Shown in pieces: positions 1 through 9,920 of a stretch of DNA of 32,691 nt. The stretch lies in the NCBI RefSeq assembly GCF_001194135.2, contig NC_069005.1, positions 21,531,598-21,564,288 of the forward strand, in the 5' to 3' direction. Position 1 is the stretch's first letter. Each line of letters starts with the position of its first letter. The stretch comes from Octopus bimaculoides (lineage: Eukaryota). A program made the translations under genes and the position numbers. The notes under the pieces were generated by a model. It saw only the letters and a program-made list of their open reading frames with translations. It searched no databases and had not been told where the DNA came from.

Positions 1-47
<47 letters not shown>

Positions 48-60
48 TATATATATATAT

Positions 61-90
<30 letters not shown>
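1..90. repeat. (AT)n/(AC)n compound microsatellite
   Basis: Dinucleotide runs read directly from the sequence. Confidence 0.95.
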
Positions 91-92
<2 letters not shown>

Positions 93-93
93 G

Positions 94-225
94 TGCAGGA
101 GTGGCTGTGTGGTAAGTAGCTTGCTTACCAACCACATGGTTCCATATTCAGTCCCACTGCATGACACCTTGGGCAAGTGTCTTCTACTATAGCCCCGAGT
201 TGACCAAACTGAAAGAAGCCCGTCG

Positions 226-260
<35 letters not shown>

Positions 261-478
261 ATATGTTTGTGTGTCTGTGTTTGTTGTGTCACCATTGCTT
301 GGCAACCGATGTTTGTGTGTTTACATCCCTGTAACTTAGCGGTTCGGCAAAAAAAAAAACGTTAGAATAAGTACTAGGCTTACAAAGAATAAGTCCTGGG
401 GTTGATTTGTTCGACTAAAGGCGGTGCTTCAGCATGGCCACACCCAAATGACTGAAACAAATAAAAAGATAAAAGAAT
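94..478 (+). mobile_element. tRNA-derived SINE, family A, with internal (AT)/(GT) microsatellite
   Basis: Head GTGGCTGTGTGGTAAG (A-box-like) and TTCAGTCCC (B-box-like), then microsatellite at about 226-262 and a 3' part ending ...TGACTGAAACAAATAAAAAGAT. Homologous to the copies at 13525, 19700, 24056 and 8190. Confidence 0.8.
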
Positions 479-1136
479 ATATATATATATGTACAAGTTT
501 TAGCAAAGTTGTTAAAATAACACTTGAAAGGAACGGAAACACACACACACACACACACTTAAAAGTACATGGTGTTGTGGTTAGAAGTGTTATCCTTATA
601 ACTGTAAGGACATATGCTCATTTCTTGCCTGGGCAGCATGTTATGTCCTTAAGCTACTCCAGCCTACTTGGTTAAAAATAAGTATCTGTTAACTGCTTGT
701 GTGACTCTCTCTTCCTGTAGCTGTGACATCCTTGCTATTCCACTGGATCTAGAAGAAGGAAGACTGAGAAGCTGGGGAAGTGTCTATGTCTGCTCATGAC
801 TATATAAGCACCTAAAACACCATTGGTGATAGTCTGGTGTATGCTACCAGGTCATTGCCACTTGTGGGTAACAGCTAAGCTTTAACCATGTATGTGTGTG
901 TGTGTGTGTAAAACCAGTCAGGACGTATAAAAGGTGAATTATATGTATATATATCTAACCATGTGACTTCCATAGGCTTACTGCTGTTTCACAACTGATA
1001 GGTGAGTTTGTAAGAGGAGCTTTCTTTGATAGCCACACATCCTCTGAATCTACATGTTATACTACTCATTTATATATATATATGTGTGTGTGTTTGTGTG
1101 TATATATAGAATGTTATATGTATAAAGTGTATATGG

Positions 1137-1167
<31 letters not shown>

Positions 1168-1342
1168 ACAAGAATAAGGGCAGGGAATCGTCAATTAATC
1201 GTCAATTTATTATGATTATATATATATATATATATAAAGTTTGTGTATGTGAGACCATTGTGGTTATTTTCAACTTCTGCATTGGATGTTCCTAGTGTAA
1301 TTGAATCATCATGGGGACCATTTTATTGCATTATATTCTAAA

Positions 1343-1595
1343 ACCAAGGTGCCATATAAAAAGCATTGGTGATGGTGTCTTGTAAAAAACACTGGTGCCA
1401 CATTAAAAGACACTGGTACTGGTGCCATGTAAAAAGCACTCAGTACACTCTGTAAAGTGGTTGGCACCAGGAAGAGCATCCAGCTGTAGAAACCAAACAT
1501 ACTATGGAACCTGGTGTAGCCCTGGCTTTGCCAGTTCCTGTCAAGCTGTCCAACCCATGCCAGCATGGAAAATGGATGTTAAATGATGATGATGT
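1343..1595 (+). mobile_element. RTE-type 3' tail, older subfamily B', with internal minisatellite
   Basis: GGTGCCAYRTAAAAAGCACT-like units, then GCATCCAGCTGTAGAAAC, CCATGCCAGCATGG and a (GAT)n tail. Homologous to the family B copies. Confidence 0.7.
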
Positions 1596-1824
1596 GTTTT
1601 AGAAAGCTAGATGTATAAGTTTAATTTTGGTAGAATAAATATTTAATGTGTAATATTATTGTTGCACCTCATATCGTGGAATATAGAAGTTAAATATGGG
1701 ATACAATAATAAAGGTTTTATTTTTTTAATAATAATAAATTGATTGATAATGAGAAACTTCAACTAATGATTTGTGTAACTTCAGCTGTCAATAAATAAT
1801 AAATGCTATGATAATAATGATAAT

Positions 1825-1965
1825 AATAATATCATTAAAGTTATTAATATGTGGGCCCTGTCTATGTTCTGTTATTCTGCTTAATTTTTTTTTTAAGTGG
1901 ACAAAGAGCTGAAGGAACTGAATAGAAGAATTAGGAAGCTGCTTAAAATGCATATCACACACCAG
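1825..1965 (+). pseudogene. R4/Dong-clade non-LTR retrotransposon remnant (post-RT/thumb region)
   Basis: Frameshifted translation NIIKVINMWALSMFCYSA..KWTK/ELKELNRRIRKLLKMH resembles the R4/Dong motifs INTWA...RYSA..W and ELDRKTRKL.TMH. Confidence 0.6.
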
Positions 1966-1977
1966 CTTATAATTCTA

Positions 1978-2215
1978 TATCAGGATCTAGTGATATAGAA
2001 GATATTGTGGAGATGTAAGATGATATTGTGGTGTAAACACAAGGGTGAAAATTGTCTCTGTGGTCATTGATGCACTCAGCACAATGATCAAACTGTTACT
2101 TGAGAGGTAGACAGATATTGGAACTAAGAAATATATTGTTAACCTGTTGAAAAGTCTCAATTTGTATTCTTCCAGAACCATGAGATTGGTTCATAAGATT
2201 TAAGGAGACTTATGT
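1978..2215 (+). pseudogene. R4/Dong C-terminal (RLE end) fragment
   Basis: Translation YQDL...TRVKIVSVVIDALST...VNLLKSLNLYSSRTMR. Nucleotide similarity to 3737-3935 is visible by eye (shared CACAAGGGTG and AACCTGTTGAAAAGT). Confidence 0.6.
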
Positions 2216-2224
2216 ACTAGTTGG

Positions 2225-2552
2225 GCTGGTGTCCTCATCTTGGTTGTTGCTTTCACAACATTTCAGTCGTATATGCTCCAGCCTTCTTCAGGTGTCTTCT
2301 GATTCCCCTTAATGCCCTGTCTGGGATTGATCTCAGAACCTTTAGGTGACTGCACTGCATTAACCAGTGCCTTTACCCACTCCACTGTTCCTGTAAGCAG
2401 AGTGAATTTTTAAGGCTTGTAAAACTTCCATTGATGTCTTATGTCAGCTCTGTACTGATTGGGTAATACAATTCTATATTTCTGAGACGAGGAATTTATA
2501 TTATGTATTAGCTGGAGTAGTGTCCTTGTTTCAGAAATATAGAATTGTATTA
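2225..2552 (-). mobile_element. Composite repeat: tRNA-like head plus Penelope-like/hammerhead-like segment plus terminal foldback
   Basis: The minus strand shows degenerate A/B-box-like sequence (about 2385-2325), followed by GACAC-CTGAAGA-A-GGCTG..CGACT-GAAATGT-T-GTG. A 30-bp inverted repeat lies at 2464-2552. Confidence 0.5.
2253..2297 (-). ncRNA. Degenerate minimal type-I hammerhead ribozyme motif
   Basis: CUGANGA core (CTGAAGA), imperfect stem II, GAAA, near-palindromic stem III (ATGT versus ACGT) and stem I CAC/GTG. Probably inactive in this copy. Confidence 0.45.
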
Positions 2553-2624
2553 AGATTCGTTGTCATCAGTATCAACAGGCTCTTTTTAAAATTTTTTTCT
2601 TTCTAAACTTGCTGATTCTAGAAT

Positions 2625-3056
2625 AAGGTGCTGTGTCCATGACCTTTGCAGGCTCTCTGAGACTGGTGAACTCGATGCTATTAATGTCTTGTTTCAACTG
2701 TTGCAGATCAATACCTGCAGGAAAGACATGAACAGGGAGAGAATTTCAGAGAAGTGGGTATAATGGTTAGTGCAGGGCTGATTGGTTGGATACACAAAGA
2801 GGAACAATGGTAGAAAGAAGAATCAGTCAGAGGTGCCTGAATGATGGAGACTGGTTATCGCTGAGGAAGATAATCCATTACAGCAGCAATAGAAAAGACA
2901 AGAGAAGAGATAAAACCCCTGTGGGCTAGAGGCTGGAGTATGTCAGTGTTTCCGTACCAATTAATCGAGTAGCGCTTCTCTGGAAGCGGTCCAGAATATT
3001 TGTGTGAGTAGCAGCAGCACCATCCAGATGTTGGAGCTGTACTCCATTGTGGACTG
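2625..3056 (-). pseudogene. CR1/L2/Jockey-group LINE 3' remnant
   Basis: Minus-strand translation with frameshift MEYSSNIW/DGAAATHTNILDRFQRSATRLIG, later ...VFPAGIDLQQLKQDINSI. Typical post-RT C-terminus of this LINE group. Confidence 0.7.
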
Positions 3057-3998
3057 TTCTATCTATCAAGAAGCAAGAGAGATAGAGGTTTGTTGAGTGC
3101 AGAATACTCAGTGACTTTGTGTTTAAAAAGCTTTATTGTGCATGGTGAGGAAAAACTATTATCTGCAGCTAGAAACATGGAAGCAACCTGTGAAACATTG
3201 AATGTTGGACAAATAGCTAGAAAGAGAAGTAACTACATGGCCAATTCATGTAACAAACTAAGGATGTTTGAAGTGAAAAAGCTTGTGTGGATTGAAAGAT
3301 GGAGACTAGAAGCAAGTAGCTGAATTGCTAATTAGAGCCACACAGAAACAAGCCATTAGAATGAATTTGATAATGACAGACAGCAAATACAGAATATGTA
3401 GGAAAGGGGATTAAAGTATTAACTGTCTCCCTTGCAAGTGTTGTAAGCTAACATAAAAAGAGTATAAATGCTAGCATGACTGTGTTGGTGAAAGAGTGCA
3501 TTGGAATGTGAGCCAAGTTTGTGGATTTGAAGTGATGGGATAATGGTATGAACACAAATCAGAGGCTTCCATGATAAATGATAATTACAAGATCATATGA
3601 GATTTCTTTGCACTGGCTGATCATACTGTTGAAGCAAAGAGACTATGGAGGACAGAATGAATAGTGTAACATCATTGACCTTGTAATCTCATATGATAGT
3701 TGAGTGGATATCAAAGAAACCGAAATAGCTGAGAAATATCAGGATCCAGATGGAGAGAAGAGATTGAGGAGCACAAGGGTGTAAATTGTTCTTGTGGTAA
3801 TTGGTGTACTCAACACAACAACAAAACTGTTACCTAAGCTGCTGAGGGCTACTGGAATTGAGGCTTGTATTGTCAACCTGTTGAAAAGTGCCATTCTGTA
3901 TTTTGCAAGAATTCCAAGAAAGATTCTTGAAATTGAGACTTGTTGCCATCAAACTTCAGAGTAACATCTCTGCTAAGTAAATTTGCATGTAGTAAATT
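3055..3998 (+). pseudogene. Old R4/Dong-clade element: 3' ORF region (CCHC knuckle, RLE endonuclease) and 3' UTR
   Basis: Decayed motifs in order: LFYLSRSKRDRGL, WLKDGD*K..AELLIRATQKQAIRMN, YRICRKGD*SIN, KEYKC*HD..VHW, WYEHK..NDNYKII*DF, EKYQD, VVIG, LLKSAILYFARI. Many stops and frameshifts. Ends at (TAA)5 (4001-4015). Confidence 0.8.
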
Positions 3999-4000
3999 TA

Positions 4001-4530
4001 TAATAATAATAATAATTTCAAATTTTGGCACAGGGCCACTAATTTTAAGGGGAAAGGAGTAGTTGATTACATCAATCCCTGTACTTGACTGGTACTTTAT
4101 TGTATCTATCCTGGATGGATGAAAGCAAAGTTGACCTTGGCAAGTTTTGAACTTGGAAGAAACACTTTTTTGGACACTAACAATTTTGCTAGTTGACACA
4201 AGGCACGTCATTTTGAGAGGAAGAAGTTCCTACCATTGACCCCAGTACTTGACTGGTACCTTATTTTACTGAACTTGAAAGCATAAAAGGCGAAGTTGAC
4301 CATGGCAGGATTTGAACTGAGAATGTAAAGAGGTTGAAGAAACACTGCAAAGCAATTTTTCTGATGTTCCAATGATTCTGTTAGCTTGTTGCCCTTTAAT
4401 GGATTTTGATTGAGGTGCAAAACCAGCAAATTTGGAGAAAGAGGTTCAGTTGGTACTATTGGTTCCAGTATTTCAGTGGTGCTTTATCAACCCCAGATTG
4501 ACCTTCACAGAATTTAAATTCATTTGACTG
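4001..4530 (-). mobile_element. Cluster of about three decayed family C' SINE copies in the same orientation
   Basis: Blocks like CAGTACTTGACTGGTAC and AAAGTTGACC...TTTGAACT recur at about 4075-4155 and 4240-4320, with a weaker third copy at about 4400-4530. (TAA)n tail at 4001-4016. Confidence 0.6.
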
Positions 4531-4616
4531 AATTTTGAATTATTCCTGTACTCTTCTTCAGAATAAAGGCCGGCAGTTTTATGTCTTCATATTAACATTT
4601 TAACACCTTTAGTGAA

Positions 4617-4928
4617 GGTGTGTGGTTTAGTGGTAGGGTATTTGGTTCACAATTGTAAGGGCATGAGTTAAAAAATCGGCAACATGTTGTGCCCTTAAGC
4701 AAGCCCCTTTATTTTGCATTGCTTCTGTCCACTCGATGTGGCAAAAATGCATAGTACCTGTCATTGACAGGGCCAGCCTTGTTACATTCTGGGTCACGCT
4801 GAATCTCCCTGAGAATTATGATATGCATGTCTGTGGAGTGCTCAACCACTTGTACATTAATTTCACGAGCAGGCTGTTCTGTTGATCGGATCAACTGGAA
4901 CTCTCGTCTTTGTAACTGATGGAGTACC
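4617..4928 (+). mobile_element. Older tRNA-derived SINE with an E-type head/core and a D-type 3' part
   Basis: 4690-4750 matches the core of 26962-27219. About 4760-4928 aligns with the 3' half of 17451-17841 and 27343-27730. Confidence 0.7.
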
Positions 4929-6638
4929 AGTCAGTATTTCTTAGATGAATATTATATAGAATAAACATCTAATGATTGTCTGGGTTGTTGTGGTTTATCT
5001 CCACGCCCTAGTTTAGTTCTGAGTATGTAGACATATGATCAAATACGTTCCAGTCATGACCATCTTGCCTTATTTGTATATTCTAAGATTGCTTAGTCCA
5101 ACAAGTCCCTTTTATGAGACTGTAGGTTGTGATTGAGGGAATGTGTTCTGCTAATTTTAGCAGGTCGAGCAAATGTTGGCGTGTGCGCATCAGTGTTGTT
5201 AGGGTGCAGGATAAGGTGGGAGTGAAATGAATAAATTGAATATTCTACAAAAGAGACATCCACTTAAGAATCCTGTAACTTACTGTTTTTTGGTATAGCT
5301 TGTCATTTGATAGTCATTGACTGCCACCTTATTTGAAAATGATAGCATCTATAAGCAATAATTATATCTCTGGTGATATACACATTGATTAGGAAATAGA
5401 GGGGAAAAGCAGCTTAGAATAGAGCCTGCTTATTGGGAATAACTTAGGAGTTGCTTGGTTTCAATTTGATCTTTCAGTTTCACTTTTGTCTGAGATCTCA
5501 GTTTTGCTCTAATGTAGCGCTATGTCATGTATTGTTAGCAGATGCCACCTAGTCAGCCTGACTTATTTGTTTCCAATATATACTTAATTACAACTGACTA
5601 AATAGCAAACTTTTTTTTTTTAATGTTGAGATATTTGGAAATTACACCCTTCTTGTCACCACATCCTGTAATGTTTTCATTGCCAATTGTTGCTAACAAA
5701 ACTGATGGACTTAGATGGACAGGCAGGTCAGAAAAGTATATTGGTCATAATGTACTTTAACTCTTTCGTTACTATATTTCTGTTTCAAGTACACTGCTTG
5801 TGTTTTTAATTAATTTTGAAAATAACAAAGAATTTAGTAAAATAACTGGCAGTATGAATTCGGCATTTGGGATGTGATCATGAAAAGATTAAATAGTGTA
5901 GTTCTACCTACCCAACAAAAGATGGGATGATCATGGCTGGAATGCTTTTGATCATTGGTCTATTTTGGTCAGGGTTAACCAAGGAATTCAAAACAGTTAC
6001 AACTTGTTTTTCTTTTTTTTCCTCTTTGTCCGCATATCAATATCTAGATACACACACACACACACACACACACATATGCACTATAAGAAACTGTCTTTAA
6101 GTGGTGAAGATACAGTTTCTACTCTAGTTGCTTGTTTTGCTGAATGTTGCAGCCAAACTTCCCTAGATATAAAATTCCTGGTGTCTTTGAAACAAGGACC
6201 ACAAAATTTCTAATCCAAAATTTTTGGGCAAACACATATATACAATGAAAATGTGATGGTCATGATTACAAAAGTTGAAGGAATATTTTGGATGGCTTCA
6301 GCTGTATTAGAGGTCTGTCTGTTCAGGTCATTCCTACATTTGTATTAGATGAACCAAAAGACAGAAACAACAACAACAGCAGCAAAAAATTTGGCATTTG
6401 TCTTGGAATAGCTGAAGCGAATCCGAATAAATGTTACAGTGTTGTCTTCTTGACATTTCCTGTTAATGTCAACCAACAGACTGTTGAATTAGTAGTAAAC
6501 TTCCATGTTAGAGAAGCATATGTTTAACCTCTTTACTGTCTCTCTTTGTGTTAGGGTTTGATCCCTTTAATTTCTCCTTATCTTCAGCTCATGCATTTCC
6601 GTGTACATAGAATGTCCCTCTCTTAGAGTATTCATTGT

Positions 6639-6840
6639 CATCATCATCATCGTCGTTTAACGTCTGCTTTCCATGCTAGCATGGGTTGGACGATTTGACT
6701 GAGGACTGGTGAAAACCAGATGGCTACACCAGACTCCAATCTGATTTGGCAGAGTTTCTACAGCTGGATGCCCTTCCTAACGCCAACCACTCAGAGAGTG
6801 TAGTGGGTGCTTTTACGTGCCACCGGCACGAAGGCTAGTC
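6639..6840 (-). mobile_element. RTE-type LINE 3' tail, young family B, 5'-truncated
   Basis: (GAT)n tail and CCATGCTAGCATGG palindrome. Roughly mid-90% identical by eye to 12521, 25198 and 28367. Copies share the 3' end and differ in 5' truncation. Confidence 0.8.
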
Positions 6841-6926
6841 TTTGACTTCAGTATTATTGTAGAATAATGGTATTCAGACTCATTTGATCTTGAAAAAATT
6901 TTGATCCATCTCTAACTGAGCAGAGC

Positions 6927-7092
6927 TTAACCCATTTGACACCAACCTGCCTAAGACTGTCTCAGATTTGTCCCAGGTTCTATGATACAAATTGGACACA
7001 AACTTCCTATTTTAAATTTACCAAAATTAACAACTTCCATCAAAATTCTATGTTAATTTATGCCCCAAACATCAGCTTAAATAATACTTTCT
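6927..7092 (-). mobile_element. Partial piggyBac-like MITE, family G
   Basis: TTAA-CCCATTTG terminus and body homologous to 19071-19299. Confidence 0.6.
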
Positions 7093-7305
7093 AATTTTGG
7101 TTTAAGGCCAGCAATTTTGAGCAGAGGAGTAAGTAAATTACATCAACCCCTGCACTCAACTGGTACGTATTTTAACAACCCTGAAAGGATGAAAGGCAAA
7201 GTTGACTTTGACAGGATTTGAACTCTGATCTAGAAATAATGTCACACAGCATTTTGTCTGATGTGCTAACAGCAATTCTGCTAGTTCACTGCCTTTTGCA
7301 GCCAT
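7090..7305 (-). mobile_element. Decayed SINE, family C'
   Basis: Contains the reverse complement of GCCTTTCATCCTTTC and GTACCAGTT, plus a tRNA-like head toward 7300. Confidence 0.65.
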
Positions 7306-7567
7306 GTTGTTAAAAAGCCATTCTAACCATTTAATAAGATTCCAAGCTGTTAAATTCACTTCAGATATTTTTCATGCAGTATCGAATTTTATGTCACACG
7401 ACTGTGACTTTGTGCCTTACACAGTTCTACAGCTACATCCAATGTTCAATAGTTATTGCTGTAGTTACCTGTGATACAGAAACTCCACCTTTCCACCTAA
7501 CTTTGACTTCAGTTTGTTGTTGAAATTTTCATCACATCATTTGATATCTGTTTTTCTTTTTTCACTG

Positions 7568-7845
7568 AGTGTGTGTACATATGTATGTACATGTGTGTGT
7601 ATGTATGTATATATATGTGTATGTATGTATATATATGTGTATATATATATTATACATGTGTGTGTATATATATATACATATGTGTGTATGTATGTATGTA
7701 CATGTATGTATGTGTGAATATATATGTACATATGTATGTGTATATGTATATATGGACATATGTGTATGTATGTATGTGTATATGTATGTGTGTGTGTATG
7801 TATATATAATTATACATGCATACATATATACACACACACATACAT
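7568..7845. repeat. Compound (TG)/(TA)/(TATG) microsatellite
   Basis: Read directly. Source of the spurious Y/I/C/V/H/T-rich ORFs. Confidence 0.95.
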
Positions 7846-7849
7846 GTGA

Positions 7850-8160
7850 TTATCATTTAACATCTGTTTTCCATGCTGGCATGGGTTGGATGGCTAGATG
7901 GGAACTAGGCCAGGTGCTGCACCAATTCCATAATCTGTTTTGGCTTGGTTTCTACAGCTGGATGCTCAATTTACAGTGTACTGGGTGCTTTTTTTTTTAC
8001 GTGGCACCAGCACTGGCACTTTTTTACACGGCACCAGTGATTTTTATGTGCCACCATCACCGGTGCTTTTTATGTGCTACCATCACTAGTGCTTTTTATG
8101 TACTACAATCACCAGTGATTTTTATGTGACACTGGCATCAGCGCCAATTATATGGCACTG
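7850..8160 (-). mobile_element. RTE-type tail B' with a 26-nt internal minisatellite
   Basis: CCATGCTGGCATGG at 7871-7884 and about 3.8 units of (C/T)(A/G)GTG(A/C)TTTTTATGT..CA.CATCAC at 8035-8132. Confidence 0.7.
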
Positions 8161-8189
8161 TGGTTTTAGGGTATCAGGCACATTGACCC

Positions 8190-8370
8190 AAAACCACGCA
8201 TGCATACACACATACATTGGGCTTCAGTTTCCATCAACAACTGTCACTCACAAAGTATTTGTGAACCAATGGCTACAGTATAGGAGATTAGCTGACAGCA
8301 TCTGCATAGTGGGACTGAACCATTAATGGCATGATTTTGAAGTAATCTTCTTAACCACATAGCCAAGTCA
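8190..8370 (-). mobile_element. Decayed SINE family A head
   Basis: Reverse-complement matches to GGCTGTGTGGT, TTCAGTCCCACT and GGAAACTGAA. Confidence 0.55.
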
Positions 8371-8458
8371 TATTATGTAGTGGCTACCGAGTTATAATGA
8401 AAGATTCTTGGCGTGATTCTACAAATGTTATTGGAATTTGTATGCATGTATGTATGTA

Positions 8459-8489
<31 letters not shown>

Positions 8490-9074
8490 AGTTTATAGAT
8501 GGGAGACAGATATTCTCCGTATAGAATACACTTCATAGTGCTCAAGAGATTTAAACTTGAGTAAGTAGAGGAGTAAATGTAAGGATCAATCCCTTTAATT
8601 CCTGATATCATTTCTATTCTGTGCCAGTCGAACCTTTTTATATGTAAACATATGTACAGTTTTTGTATTAAATGTATTTAATATTTTTTTGTATTATCGA
8701 CTTGCCTAACATGCTTATCCTTACATTAACTCCTATACCATCATTTATGCCTTGTCTTGTATATCACTCTATAAAAACCAGTATAACTGGAATACAGCCA
8801 TAGATCTACAATATAGAATGGTGATAAACTATAACGTCAGACTCTGCCACAGGAATACACAGCGTTCCTTACTAATCTAACCAATATTGTTAGCCTAGTG
8901 TACCATCAGAAGGTTTATAAAGTATTTTGCCCAGATTGATAATCCCTTACTAATAACAATATATATACATACATACATATATATATGTATATATATATAT
9001 ATATATTTATAAAAAAGAAGTTTGAAAACGCCAATATATAAAAAATGAATTTTAATTTATAATTTTGTCAGAGA

Positions 9075-9128
9075 TATTTTTAACATGTTTCGGTTCTTGA
9101 AAAAAACGAACCTTATCAAAAATACATA
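9075..9128 (-). ncRNA. Second degenerate hammerhead-like (Penelope-type) motif
   Basis: Minus strand GTATTT-TTGATAA-GGTTC-GTTTTTTTCAA-GAACC-GAA-ACATGT-T-AAAAATAT. Perfect 5-bp stem II and palindromic stem III, but the core is mutated from CTGATGA. Confidence 0.35.
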
Positions 9129-9669
9129 TTAAAAAAAAAAAAATGAAATTAAATGAAAAGTTCATAATTGTTCCTTACTGGAGTCAACAGTCCACGTGGG
9201 AGGATTTTTTGTTGGTTGTAGTAGTAGTAGTGACTTGGTAAAGTGACCGTGTTGGTAATATATATATATATATATATATATATGGGATAATGTAATGTAT
9301 TGGATGTAGAATACTGATGCTTTCGTTCGTGTGATGTTCATATTACCATATGGGACACAAGAATAATGTGGGTGGTGGCTGTTGCTGTTTAGTGTTCTGT
9401 CGGTCTTGCAGAACTATGAAGTCAATACCACTGTGTGTATTTGTCTTTACGTGTGTGTTTGTGTGTGAAAGAGATAGAGGGGGTTCGGTGGGGGGACTAA
9501 AGTGCTGACTATGTTGCAGGTTCATATTGTCCAACCTATGATCATGCTGTCGTCATGTGATAACATTGAGTGGGAAGTCGTAATGTGTATCTGTCATGCT
9601 ATGTAGCTGACACACACGAAAGAGCGAGAGAGACGCACATAGGCATACACCCACAGATATAATAAAGTT

Positions 9670-9768
9670 TATATATATGTGTGTGTATGTGCGTGTAAAT
9701 GTTGCTTATTTATGTGAATATATGTATGTGTGTATTTATATATATATGCATATGTATGTGTATGTATG

Positions 9769-9812
<44 letters not shown>

Positions 9813-9873
9813 GTATATACATACATGTGTATGTATTTGTGTATATATATATATATATACATACATGTGCATG

Positions 9874-9920
<47 letters not shown>

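Noticed and set aside
8035-8132. Regularly spaced repeats suggesting a CRISPR-like array
   Set aside because: The units are contiguous with no unique spacers, the context is eukaryotic, and there are no cas genes. It is a minisatellite inside a retroelement tail.
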